Assembly: GCA_964342815.1 (NCBI GenBank)
Contig: CAYFHS010000003.1
Span: 32,001-96,000 of the forward strand
Source: an uncultured archaeon
GTDB lineage: Archaea; Thermoplasmatota; Penumbrarchaeia; JASLWR01
Direction: 5' to 3'
DNA: 64,000 nt
In this document: positions 36,704 to 46,179 of the stretch, piece by piece
Layout: every line of letters starts with the position of its first letter
Position numbering within the stretch: the first letter of the stretch is position 1
Made by a program: the position numbers and the translations under genes
The notes under the pieces: model-generated
The model's database searches: none
The model's input: the letters and a program-made list of their open reading frames with translations, nothing else
What the model was told of the DNA's origin: nothing

Positions 36704-37399
36704 ATGAAACAGAGTATCGTGATGTCCCTGGGGGGCTCGATAATAGTCCCTACCGACGGGAAGCTGGATCTTATAAAACGGATCGCAAGACTGCTTGGGA
36801 CCTACTGCGAGTCATACCGTTTCTTTCTGGTGGTGGGAGGCGGCAGGACGGCAAGGGAATATATCGGTTATGCCCGGGAGCTGGGCGGCGACGAATCGTA
36901 TCTCGATGAGCTGGGGATAGCGGTCACAAGACTGAACGCAATGCTGATGATAACCGCCATGGGGGAAAAGGCGGCGCCGGTTGTTGCGGAGAGCTATGAC
37001 CAGGCTCTTCAGCTGGGGAGAAACTACAGTATAGTGATCATGGGGGGAACCCATCCGGGGCATACCACCGACGCCGTGGGGGCCATGCTCTGCGAGAGGT
37101 GTAAAGGTAAAATTTTCATAAACGCCACCACCGTTGACGGAATATATGACAAGGATCCCGCTGAGTTCCCGGAGGCCGAGAGATTCCATGAGATAGATAC
37201 GAGAGAGCTGTTGAACCTCATAATGGGGACTTCTGCGAAGGCGGGTCCGAACGTGGTAATGGACCCTGTTTCGGTACGGATACTTGCCCGTTCGAGAATA
37301 GAGGGAATAGTGGTGGACGGAAGGAACACCCGCGAGCTGGAAAAGGCCATACTTGGTGAGAATTTCGTGGGTACAAGGATAATACCTAAAGATGAATGA
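36704..37399 (+). CDS. pyrH: UMP kinase, archaeal type
   Basis: MSLGGS, VVGGGRTAREYI, LDELGIAVTRLNA, MGGTHPGHTTDAVGA and ATTVDGIYDKDP motifs. Confidence 0.95.
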   Translation: MKQSIVMSLGGSIIVPTDGKLDLIKRIARLLGTYCESYRFFLVVGGGRTAREYIGYARELGGDESYLDELGIAVTRLNAMLMITAMGEKAAPVVAESYDQALQLGRNYSIVIMGGTHPGHTTDAVGAMLCERCKGKIFINATTVDGIYDKDPAEFPEAERFHEIDTRELLNLIMGTSAKAGPNVVMDPVSVRILARSRIEGIVVDGRNTRELEKAILGENFVGTRIIPKDE

Positions 37400-37415
37400 G
37401 GAGAGGGGAAATATC

Positions 37416-37727
37416 ATGCCAAGCCGAAAAAAAAGTTCGATAGATGACATACTTAAGGACGAAAGCGCCATAATCAAGGACATGGTGGAAAAGAAAAAGG
37501 GGAAAAAGAAGCACAAAGATAACAAAAAGAAGGACAAGGGTACGAGAATAATACAGCACAAACACTGCATTGTATGTTTCAAGGCCATAGGGCTTGGCCG
37601 GGATTACTGCTCCGACGAGTGCAAGGAGATACATGTCGCAAAGATAAAGAGGCAGAAGAGAATGATGTATATCATGTACGGCGTTCTAGCCGTGGTTTTC
37701 GTTCTTGTGGTCCTTACGAATCGTTAG
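37416..37727 (+). CDS. DUF2116-like Zn-finger membrane protein
   Basis: HKHCIVCFKAI...YCSDEC motif followed by a C-terminal TM helix. Basic N-terminus. Confidence 0.8.
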   Translation: MPSRKKSSIDDILKDESAIIKDMVEKKKGKKKHKDNKKKDKGTRIIQHKHCIVCFKAIGLGRDYCSDECKEIHVAKIKRQKRMMYIMYGVLAVVFVLVVLTNR

Positions 37728-37822
37728 ATCGTCATCAACAATTGATCCATCCTAAGCTTTTTTTTTCACGAGTGGTAGTATTTTCTCTATTACGGGTGAG
37801 AAGGTTGAAGGTAAGAAGCGAG

Positions 37823-38275
37823 ATGGAATCCCGCCATGGCCGAACCTGTGTAGGCGGTACCTTCGATATTCTGCACGACGGACACAGGGAACTTCTGGGG
37901 AAGGCGGCGGAAGCAGGTCAGAATGAAATTCTTCTCGTTGGTATAAGTTCGGATGAGCTTGCATCTTCAGGCCGCTCTCGAAAGGTCCGTTCGTTCCAGG
38001 AGAGAGCGGATACGGTAGGCTCGTATCTTAAAAGCCTGGGATGTCGTTACGAAATTGTGGAACTACATGATTTTTCCGGTCCTGCTGGCTTTGAAGCAAG
38101 ATTAGATACTATCGTTGTATCGTCGGAAACCCGAAAGAACGCCGAGAGGATCAACATAATTCGGAAGGAAAATGGGCTCAAGTCCTTAAGGATAATATGC
38201 ATAGATATGCTCCTCGGGGACGATGGTGTTGTGCTGAGTTCTACTATGATTGCGGAAAGCGGTACCGAACAGTAA
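37823..38275 (+). CDS. coaD: phosphopantetheine adenylyltransferase, archaeal type
   Basis: VGGTFDILHDGH (HxGH nucleotidyltransferase motif), G-x-SSDE, IVVSSET, INxxRxxNGL and LSST. The start is the internal ATG of track ORF 37574-38275. Confidence 0.9.
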   Translation: MESRHGRTCVGGTFDILHDGHRELLGKAAEAGQNEILLVGISSDELASSGRSRKVRSFQERADTVGSYLKSLGCRYEIVELHDFSGPAGFEARLDTIVVSSETRKNAERINIIRKENGLKSLRIICIDMLLGDDGVVLSSTMIAESGTEQ

Positions 38276-38389
38276 GTTTATAAGCAAGATTTTTTAGTAA
38301 TTCCAGATGAAGAATTTAGAGAAGTAAAGTGATCGAATGTCATTATGATCTGATATTTTCTTACACTTTGTGCCAGAAATAATAAATAG

Positions 38390-38412
38390 TTACAAAACGT
38401 TATGTTTTATAA
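38390..38412. promoter_or_regulatory. imperfect inverted repeat TTACAAAAC-GTTAT-GTTTTATAA overlapping a TATA-like TTTTATAA; candidate TA promoter/operator
   Basis: 8 of 9 bp match between arms, about 70 nt upstream of the antitoxin start. Confidence 0.35.
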
Positions 38413-38484
38413 TGAAGCGTAATCGACCCTTTGAGATCACGATTACACACACATTGACAATATGAAACATAACGGGTGAACACA

Positions 38485-38718
38485 ATGGTCCAGGCAGTTA
38501 TCAATCTGAATGAGCACGAGAACAGGGTCATCAATATAGTAAAGGGCAAGTTTGGCTACAGGAATAAATCAGAGGCCATAAATCATATCATTCACGAATT
38601 CGAGACGGAATTGCTCGAACCCGAGCTTCGCCCGGAGTACATCGATAAAATGAAGGAGCGAGAGAAGGAGCCCACTGTAAGGGTTAAGAACTTCAGAAAA
38701 CATTTCGGGTTGGAATAA
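38485..38718 (+). CDS. antitoxin, DUF2683-like ribbon-helix-helix protein
   Basis: MVQAVINL...NRVINIVKGKFG..NKSEAIN...LLEPELRPEYI pattern. GGGTGA Shine-Dalgarno upstream. TAATG overlap with the toxin gene. Confidence 0.8.
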   Translation: MVQAVINLNEHENRVINIVKGKFGYRNKSEAINHIIHEFETELLEPELRPEYIDKMKEREKEPTVRVKNFRKHFGLE

Positions 38719-38984
38719 TGTACGAGGTTTTATACAGAAAATCCGTCGAGAAGGTTTTCTTCAAGATAGCCCGGAAGAACAGAAAACAGCTGGAGATAAT
38801 TTATCGAAAGATAGAGAAGATTCAGCAAAATCCGCATCATTACAAGAATCTCAGAAGACCGCTTCAACACCTTAAACGTGTTCATATTGACAGAAGCTTC
38901 GTACTGGTTTTTTCGGTTGACGAACTCAATATGACGGTTGTGATCGAGGACTATGATCATCATGATAACATTTACAATAAATAG
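38718..38984 (+). CDS. type II toxin, RelE/ParE (YafQ-like) family
   Basis: 88 aa, basic. NPHHYKNLRRPLQHLKRVHIDRSFVLVF...DYDHHDNIY pattern. Translationally coupled to the antitoxin. Confidence 0.85.
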   Translation: MYEVLYRKSVEKVFFKIARKNRKQLEIIYRKIEKIQQNPHHYKNLRRPLQHLKRVHIDRSFVLVFSVDELNMTVVIEDYDHHDNIYNK

Positions 38985-39004
38985 AAATTGATCAACTACT
39001 TAGT

Positions 39005-39565
39005 TCACTTTTCTCCATCCAAACTCCCCCAGTACTCCTTCATCTTCCTCTTGGTCAGGCTCCCGCCTCCCTCACCCCTTTTCACTCTCGCTATCGGAAG
39101 GGCCCGATGAAGCATCTTGTGATGTTCCGCGCACAATGAAATGCAGTTTCCCGGCTCGAACTCCGCGCCGCCCAGATATATGGGAACAACGTGATGAACG
39201 TCCTTGGCCTTTCGATGGTTTCCGCGCTTCAGGCATTCCTGGCATTCGTAGCCGTCACGGTCTAAAACGATCTTTTTCAAGCGGTCCCACGTGACCTTCT
39301 CCCTGAAGCTCATTGCAGGTGGTTCGTTTACGTATCTATTGCAGCACTGGTCACTGCAGAACTTGACCTGCCCCTTGGGGAGCTGATGCCCGCAGCAAGC
39401 GCAGTGTCCCTTACGGTACTCGGGGTAGCGTTTCCCCTGGATTTTATGCTCCACAGTACCAGTAGTACTTCTTAGTGCCATTTGGGTATCGTCCCTTATT
39501 AGCAATTCTATAGGCCCTGACCCGGACACATGCCAGCCCTCGGCCGATGCAGGGTCATGATTCAA
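39005..39565 (-). CDS. HNH endonuclease with N-terminal Cys4 zinc finger
   Basis: CACCG...FCSDQC finger, then VLDRDGYECQEC...DVHHVVPIYLGG...NCISLCAEHHKMLH. Start uncertain: TTG 39565 or ATG 39481. Confidence 0.85.
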   Translation of the reverse strand: MNHDPASAEGWHVSGSGPIELLIRDDTQMALRSTTGTVEHKIQGKRYPEYRKGHCACCGHQLPKGQVKFCSDQCCNRYVNEPPAMSFREKVTWDRLKKIVLDRDGYECQECLKRGNHRKAKDVHHVVPIYLGGAEFEPGNCISLCAEHHKMLHRALPIARVKRGEGGGSLTKRKMKEYWGSLDGEK

Positions 39566-40991
39566 ATATGTTCTCCAACACGATCCCGTCGATATCTGAA
39601 TCGGGTTTTATGCTGAAAATCGATAAAACAGTTGGAGCAATATCGTAAATGCTCGCGTCGATCTTGAAAGCTCTCTTGATCCCGGCTCCGTATGCAAGGA
39701 AAATGCCATTCCTGTGATGGGTTGCCACCCACTTATCATTTTTGGATGTGTAATCGATATGTTTGGATCGATCAAGGGATACCTGACCTCTAAGGGAATA
39801 AGTATCGGACCAGATTAACAGATCAGGCGCTTTTTCGGTATGATCCCCCCAATATTCCGAGGTTTTTTTATTCATATCGAGAAAACGGACCCCCATATTA
39901 TCCTTAAGTCGGTTCATTTCTTCATATAATTTCCCAATCATCTCCTTGTCTCTGACATAAACTCCGCCCTCCACGAAAAAAGCCTTTGATTCCCCAATGT
40001 TCGCCACCGCTCCAATTCCCTGGTCCGAAATCATTTTTTTGTCAGTTGGTAGCGTTTTTCCAATTTTTCTTTGGAACTCGGGCGAAAATATTTTTCTGCC
40101 AAGCGATAAAAGACCGAATTTCTTCATGAGCCGGTAAATCCTGGATCTTGTTATCCCGAACCTACTCATCATTTTAAGGAATTTAAATCTGGGATGTAAC
40201 TTGAGATACCCCTTTTTTCGCAGCCATTCGTTCACGTAGAAAGCTCCTTTCATCTTGTGGAATCCATGATCGGAGCACATGAAAAGAACAGTATTTTCGT
40301 CATGGTCGATCTTTTTCACAATTTTTTCTAGTCTCTTATCGATATGCTTCCACAAATCCTTCAATCCCTTTGTTCCCCAGAGGAAATGCTGAGCGGTATC
40401 GGTTTCGAATATGACCGAGCATACCATATCGTAATCTTCACAAAGAATATCATCCAACAGATCAAATTTGGATTTTACGCTCTCCATGAGTATTTTGATG
40501 TCCCTGTTCTCAGACATCAGGAACTCCTCCGGGAACGGATCGTAGTTATATTTCTTTCTCAATGTCTTCTCGAGCTCTCTGGGATACGTGTAATTATGGC
40601 CCACGGAGAACGGTCCGGAGACCATGATGCCGTTGACCTTCTTGGGAGGGTAAGTTATCGGGACCCCTATTACTGCGACTTTCTTGTCTTCATTAGACAA
40701 ATAATCCCACATCTCGCGGTTGTCTTTCACGGATTTAGCGTTACACGGTCTCAATTTTCCGTTCTCCAACTGGATGTGACCGAACAAACCCAGTTTCCCT
40801 GGATTCTTTCCTGTTGAAAATGATTTCCAGGCGGGGAAGGTAACAGGTGGCAGGGTGCTCTTCAGTTTGCCCCAAGCTCCATTTTTGAAAAGTTTTTTAA
40901 ATGTCGGCAGGTCCCCCTTTTCCGCCCAAGGTCTTATTAAATCCCATGTCGCACCGTCAAATCCGATGACAACTACCTTCACTTTGTCCAT
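39555..40991 (-). CDS. alkaline phosphatase superfamily protein (type I phosphodiesterase/nucleotide pyrophosphatase-like)
   Basis: VVIGFDGA, PPVTFPAW nucleophile segment, TGKNPGK, DTAQH, SDHG and C-terminal H..NGIF...DIAPT. Confidence 0.9.
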   Translation of the reverse strand: MDKVKVVVIGFDGATWDLIRPWAEKGDLPTFKKLFKNGAWGKLKSTLPPVTFPAWKSFSTGKNPGKLGLFGHIQLENGKLRPCNAKSVKDNREMWDYLSNEDKKVAVIGVPITYPPKKVNGIMVSGPFSVGHNYTYPRELEKTLRKKYNYDPFPEEFLMSENRDIKILMESVKSKFDLLDDILCEDYDMVCSVIFETDTAQHFLWGTKGLKDLWKHIDKRLEKIVKKIDHDENTVLFMCSDHGFHKMKGAFYVNEWLRKKGYLKLHPRFKFLKMMSRFGITRSRIYRLMKKFGLLSLGRKIFSPEFQRKIGKTLPTDKKMISDQGIGAVANIGESKAFFVEGGVYVRDKEMIGKLYEEMNRLKDNMGVRFLDMNKKTSEYWGDHTEKAPDLLIWSDTYSLRGQVSLDRSKHIDYTSKNDKWVATHHRNGIFLAYGAGIKRAFKIDASIYDIAPTVLSIFSIKPDSDIDGIVLENIFES

Positions 40992-41220
40992 AATTGCACC
41001 GTTTTTTACTGGTGGGAGCTATACTGAGAATTAGATCAAGGAATTGATTCCGGAAGTATTTCCAACAATAAATAAATAGTGTTTTCAATCCCCATGGGGA
41101 GTATAATAACTAATTGTTCTACCTCTGAAAATAACAGTTTCACACAATCGAAAAGAAAAATTTTTCATAATAAAGATAATTCCGGGTATAAATTCACCTT
41201 AATCAACCGGGGAAATTCGA

Positions 41221-43074
41221 ATGACTGCTAAGAAAAAAAATGCGAAGGAAACTGGAGAACTGTCCATCGAAACGGAAAATCTATTCCCGATAATAAAAAA
41301 ATGGCTGTATTCGGAAAAGGACATCTTTTTACGTGAGCTGGTGGCGAACTCTCTTGACGCCATTACAAAACTGCAGAAGATAATCAGCTTCGGGGATTAT
41401 TCCGGTTCCATCGATCCGTTGATAAGGATAACGGTGGACACGGAAAAGGGAACTCTCACAGTGAGCGACAACGGTCTTGGAATGAGCCGTGAGGAGATCG
41501 GGAAATACATCAACCAGATCGCCTTCTCCGGTATCGAGGATTTTGTAAAAAAATATCAGGAAAAGGACGAGAAGGACCAGATCATAGGATTTTTCGGGGT
41601 GGGTTTCTATTCGTCGTTCATGGTATCGGACAAAGTGGAGATAATCAGCAGGTCGTATCAGGAAGGCACCACGGCAGTAAAATGGAGCTGCGAGGGCACC
41701 ACTAAATACTCCATGGAACCAGCGGAGCGCGAGGAGGTTGGCACCGACGTGATACTCTACCTCGACGAGGAAAACAAGGATTACCTCAAAAAATACGAGA
41801 TCAAGAAGATAATATCGACCCACTGCCAGTTCCTGCCCGTGCCCATTGAGTTCGGAGACGAAAAGATCAACGATCCCGACCCATTGTGGAACAAATCGCC
41901 CTCCGAGGTAAGCGAAGATGACTATAAAAAATTCTACAGGGACCTTTACGGTACTTTCGAGGAACCGTTGTTCTGGATACATCTGAACGTGGATTACCCC
42001 TTTGAGCTGAAAGGAATTCTATATTTTCCGAAACTGAAACGCGAGATGGAAGCGCCCGGCCAGCAGATCCGTATCTACTGCAATCAGATGTTCGTGACAG
42101 ATCACTCGAAGGAACTGGTTCCAGAGTTTCTGACCCTTCTGCAGGGTGCGGTGGATTCTCCGGACATTCCTCTCAATATTTCCCGGTCAATGCTCCAGCG
42201 CAATCCCACGGTCATGAAGATCGGACGGCTGATCGTACGTGAGGTTGCTGGAAAGATCAACTCCATGTACAAGGACGAACGGGGAAGACTGGAGACAATA
42301 TGGCCTGACGTGAATTCGATACTGAAATACGGTACTCTGCAGGACAATAACTTCTACGAAAAGATCAAGGATTCCATCATCTATCTGAGCAGCTCCGGGG
42401 GTTACATAACTCTACCCGAGTATCTGGAACGAAATAAAGGGAAGAACGAGAATACCGTTCTGTATGCCAGCGATACGGTGAAGCAGGGGACCTATCTCGG
42501 TCTTGTGGAAGAGAACGGGCTCGAGGCGTTGATAATGGATTCTCTGCTAGACGTCCATTTCATTCAATTCCTTGAAAGCCAGGACGGCGAGCTGCACTTT
42601 TTAAGGGTGGATTCGGATATAAGCCGTTTCCTGAAAAAGGACGAAGAAAAGGATGAAGCGAAAGAGGACGAGAAAGGCGGCAAGGATGAAGAAAAGATCG
42701 AAAAAATATTCAAAGAACATATCGACAAAGAGGGAATGCTTATAAAGGCGGAGATGCTGACCAGCGAGAAAGTCCCCGCCATGCTGGTGGTGGAGGAGCA
42801 GATGCGCCGCTACGAGGATATGAGCAAGCTGTTCAAGACGAAAACCATACCATTCCACGCCGGCCATGCTTTGATCATAAATCTCAACAGCCCCATCATA
42901 AAGAATATCCTGAAGCTGTACCGCGGCCGCAAGAAGGACCGGAAGGAAAGGATACAAAGATTATGCGGGAACGTCTATGATCTGGCCCTGCTTTCGCAGG
43001 GAAAATTGAAGGGTGATGAACTTACGGCCTTTATTAAACGGTCGGAAGAAGTGTTGGAGCGCTATGGGTCATAG
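41221..43074 (+). CDS. htpG: molecular chaperone HtpG (Hsp90)
   Basis: GHKL motifs FLRELVANSLDA, DNGLGM, IGFFGVGFYS and GT. Middle domain LKGILYFP and VDSPDIPLNISRSMLQ. Confidence 0.95.
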   Translation: MTAKKKNAKETGELSIETENLFPIIKKWLYSEKDIFLRELVANSLDAITKLQKIISFGDYSGSIDPLIRITVDTEKGTLTVSDNGLGMSREEIGKYINQIAFSGIEDFVKKYQEKDEKDQIIGFFGVGFYSSFMVSDKVEIISRSYQEGTTAVKWSCEGTTKYSMEPAEREEVGTDVILYLDEENKDYLKKYEIKKIISTHCQFLPVPIEFGDEKINDPDPLWNKSPSEVSEDDYKKFYRDLYGTFEEPLFWIHLNVDYPFELKGILYFPKLKREMEAPGQQIRIYCNQMFVTDHSKELVPEFLTLLQGAVDSPDIPLNISRSMLQRNPTVMKIGRLIVREVAGKINSMYKDERGRLETIWPDVNSILKYGTLQDNNFYEKIKDSIIYLSSSGGYITLPEYLERNKGKNENTVLYASDTVKQGTYLGLVEENGLEALIMDSLLDVHFIQFLESQDGELHFLRVDSDISRFLKKDEEKDEAKEDEKGGKDEEKIEKIFKEHIDKEGMLIKAEMLTSEKVPAMLVVEEQMRRYEDMSKLFKTKTIPFHAGHALIINLNSPIIKNILKLYRGRKKDRKERIQRLCGNVYDLALLSQGKLKGDELTAFIKRSEEVLERYGS

Positions 43075-43344
43075 GCACAGAGTCTCAGATATTATGTCAA
43101 AGTATTTGCAAATTTATATATTAATCGATGTTGAAAATTGAAGGCAGGGGATTAAGGCCATGCTACGTAAAAAGGTTGATCTGGAAAATATCCTCGGCAT
43201 TTTCGATGAAGGCGGAAACGCTGTGGAATCCAAGAAGAAGGTTCAACGGGGTTTGAAATGATTTTCGTTGACTCGGATTTCGATAAGGTCGACGGGATCA
43301 ATAGAAAATACGAATAGATATTGCCTACGAGACCTTTGAAAATT

Positions 43345-46014
43345 TCACTTTTTTTCCACGAAAAGCGTGATATCCCGTTCAGGGATGTTTATGGTATCCA
43401 CCCTTTTTCCGCTCAGCGTCATGGCTCTCTCGAAAAGCAGAAAATCCATCGGTATCTCCACGTCTCCCTTTCCGGGGACGTTGACGTAGAATCCGCCACC
43501 GTTGGCTTTCTCCCAAGCTACCAGTGGATCAATCTCCTTTACCGCCTGGAAAATAAATCTTGCGTCCCCCTTGAAGTGAGGACCTATCTTCGAAAAATCG
43601 GGTTTGACACCTACCACCATTTCCTCCATGTCCCCCCTGTCCACAAATTTCACGCCGTCAGCCACCATGGGGGAAAGCATATCTCCAATGGAATCGGTTA
43701 TAGCCGCCCGGTCGGAAATGGAGATCATGACCTCGCCGAGAGCTGTGTTAAGAGGCATTTTCGATTCCGATTTATAGGCTCGGATTGCCGACGTTATCTC
43801 CACTACCAAATTTCCTTTCTTCTCTCCCACATCGTCCTTCAGAATTGGTTTCGGCCACAGGGAGATATGAATGCTCTTGTCTCCCTCTCCGTCCTTGTAG
43901 ATGTCGTGGAAAAGCTCCTCGGTGACATGGACCAGGAACGGTGCGAGTAATTTTATTATTCCCAATCCAACCCGGTACAAAGTGAATAATAGCGCCCGGT
44001 CGTTTCCGGCATATATCCTGTTCTTCACTATCTCGAGATAGTGGTCCGCAAGGCGGTGCCACATGAAATAGACGGTATCCCGTACGGACCTGTCGAACCT
44101 GAACCGGTTCATTTCCTCGGTGCATTCCTCCACCAGTTTCGAATACAGCGAAAGCAGCCATATATCGATAGGATGAAGATCGTTGCGGACCTGTTCCAGG
44201 GTAATGGAAGACGCATCGATCCCGTTATCCCTACCCTTCTCCACAGCTACCGATATCAACTGCTGGATGTTGTACAATTTTCTTGTAATATGCAGTCCGC
44301 GGACAATATCCTGCTGCCTGAAAGCGTTATCCTTCCCCAGGGCGCAGGTAGTGGCATAATATCTCAGGGGTTCGGCCCCGCTTTCATCGAGTATCTTCAG
44401 TGGATTGATGACGTTTCCCTTGGACGCGTGCATTGGCGAGCCGTCCGCAGCCAGTATGAATCCACCCATCATTATGTCCTTCCACGGTATGCTGTCGCAG
44501 AGAAGTTTGCTTCTGAGAATCGTATAAAAAGCCCAGGTTCGAATGATATCGTGTGACTGGGGTCGCAGTGACATGGGGAAGAATTTTTCGAAATTTTCAT
44601 CATCACGGAGCCAGAACGTATTGTAAAGAGGCGTAATGGAAGAATCCATCCATGTATCGAAGACTTCCTCTGAGCCGCGCATTCCGCCGCCGCAGTCACT
44701 GCATTTTTCTCGAGGCGCCTCGTGGATGGTGGGATCGATATAGCAGTTCTCCTCTTCGGGGACATCGATATGCCCGCAGTCCTCGCATTCCCAGGCCGGA
44801 ATAGGTGTTGCGAAGTAGCGCTGCCTCGAAATGACCCAGTCCCAGCTCAGGGAGTTGACCCATTCTTCAAGGCGTATCCGCATGAACTCGGGGAACCATT
44901 TTATCTCGTCCGAGCATTTCAGCACGTCAAGACGAAAGGGCAGGGTCTTCAAAAACCACTGTTTGGACAGCAGAAACTCGATGGGTGTCGAGCAGCGCCA
45001 GCACATTCCCACATTCTGTTCCAGCTCCTCCTGCTTCCATATGGTCCCGGTGGATTTAAGATCCTCGATTATCGCTTTCCTGGCGTCCTCAAGATACATT
45101 CCCTGGTATTTTCCGGCAAGGTCGGTCATGTTCCCATGCTCGTCGATGCCCATTTCCATCTTCAATCCGTAGTTGAAAACCCAGTTAAGATCGTCTTTAT
45201 CCCCTATGGTGCATATCATTACAACACCGGTGCCGAAGTCGGAATCCACCTCATCGTCAAGTTTCACGGGTACTTCCCTGTTGTAGATGGGTGTTATCAG
45301 CGTCTTGCCCCGAAGCTTTTCCGCTCTCGGATCGTCAGGATTCAATGCCACCATCTGGCAAGTACAAAGCAGTTCGGGGCGCGTGGTGGCAATAGCTATC
45401 TTCTCCCCGGTCTCCTTTTCGATAAAATTATAATAGTTCAGTTTGGTGGTTCGGTCTTGATAAACCACTTCCGACTCGGCGAGGGCGGTCCCACAACGGG
45501 GGCACCAATTTACAGGAAACCGGTCCTTGTAGATCAAACCCTTGTTGAACAACCTGATAAAGGATATCTGGGTCAACCTGCGGTAGTACTTGGCGTTTGT
45601 CTGGTAGTACACCGAGGGGTCCATAGACTCTCCAAGTATCTTGAACTGTCGTGTCATCTCATCTATATTGGCCTCTGCGAACTCCTCGCATAGACTGATG
45701 AACTCATGGCGGTCGCAGTCCTTCATCCTGATCCCGTATTTCTTCTCCACGTTAACCTCTATTGGCATACCGTTTACATCGAAACACAGCGGGAACATTA
45801 CATTCTTGCCCAGCATTCTGTGGTATCTTGCCGCGAAATCGATGTGCGTGTAGTGGACCGCATGGCCAATGTGAAGCGGACCTGAAGCATACCGCGGCGG
45901 GTTGTCTATGGAATACGGTTCCCGGTCACTGTCAGGATCGAAGTGATATATTTCCTCTTTCTCCCACCAATCCTGCCATTTCTTCTCGATCTCGATTAGG
46001 TTGAAATCGGTCAT
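43345..46014 (-). CDS. valS: valine--tRNA ligase, archaeal type
   Basis: IDNPPRYASGPLHIGH, FGTGVVMICT, WDWVISRQR, DTWMDSS and SHDIIRTWAFY. The KMSKS position reads PMHAS. ATG 46014 is preferred over the track start at 46080. Confidence 0.95.
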   Translation of the reverse strand: MTDFNLIEIEKKWQDWWEKEEIYHFDPDSDREPYSIDNPPRYASGPLHIGHAVHYTHIDFAARYHRMLGKNVMFPLCFDVNGMPIEVNVEKKYGIRMKDCDRHEFISLCEEFAEANIDEMTRQFKILGESMDPSVYYQTNAKYYRRLTQISFIRLFNKGLIYKDRFPVNWCPRCGTALAESEVVYQDRTTKLNYYNFIEKETGEKIAIATTRPELLCTCQMVALNPDDPRAEKLRGKTLITPIYNREVPVKLDDEVDSDFGTGVVMICTIGDKDDLNWVFNYGLKMEMGIDEHGNMTDLAGKYQGMYLEDARKAIIEDLKSTGTIWKQEELEQNVGMCWRCSTPIEFLLSKQWFLKTLPFRLDVLKCSDEIKWFPEFMRIRLEEWVNSLSWDWVISRQRYFATPIPAWECEDCGHIDVPEEENCYIDPTIHEAPREKCSDCGGGMRGSEEVFDTWMDSSITPLYNTFWLRDDENFEKFFPMSLRPQSHDIIRTWAFYTILRSKLLCDSIPWKDIMMGGFILAADGSPMHASKGNVINPLKILDESGAEPLRYYATTCALGKDNAFRQQDIVRGLHITRKLYNIQQLISVAVEKGRDNGIDASSITLEQVRNDLHPIDIWLLSLYSKLVEECTEEMNRFRFDRSVRDTVYFMWHRLADHYLEIVKNRIYAGNDRALLFTLYRVGLGIIKLLAPFLVHVTEELFHDIYKDGEGDKSIHISLWPKPILKDDVGEKKGNLVVEITSAIRAYKSESKMPLNTALGEVMISISDRAAITDSIGDMLSPMVADGVKFVDRGDMEEMVVGVKPDFSKIGPHFKGDARFIFQAVKEIDPLVAWEKANGGGFYVNVPGKGDVEIPMDFLLFERAMTLSGKRVDTINIPERDITLFVEKK

Positions 46015-46179
46015 TCTTTCCCCTCTGTAACTTTTTATGCTCCGGCAGTTCCTACCAGTATTGAGGGGATAAATATCCATCTCAAACAGCTAATACGTAA
46101 CTTTGCCGAACCTCGATTGTGTGTAAGTCAAACCCCAAATTATTGAATTCGCCTACTTTGATAGCTCTGAAAGTAAAGG

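Noticed and set aside
36812-37588. 258-aa minus-strand ORF over pyrH and the DUF2116-like gene
   Set aside because: Antisense to two well-supported genes, with no recognisable motif.
43321-45693. Long + strand ORFs (209, 171 and 323 aa) inside valS
   Set aside because: Antisense shadows of a conserved essential gene.
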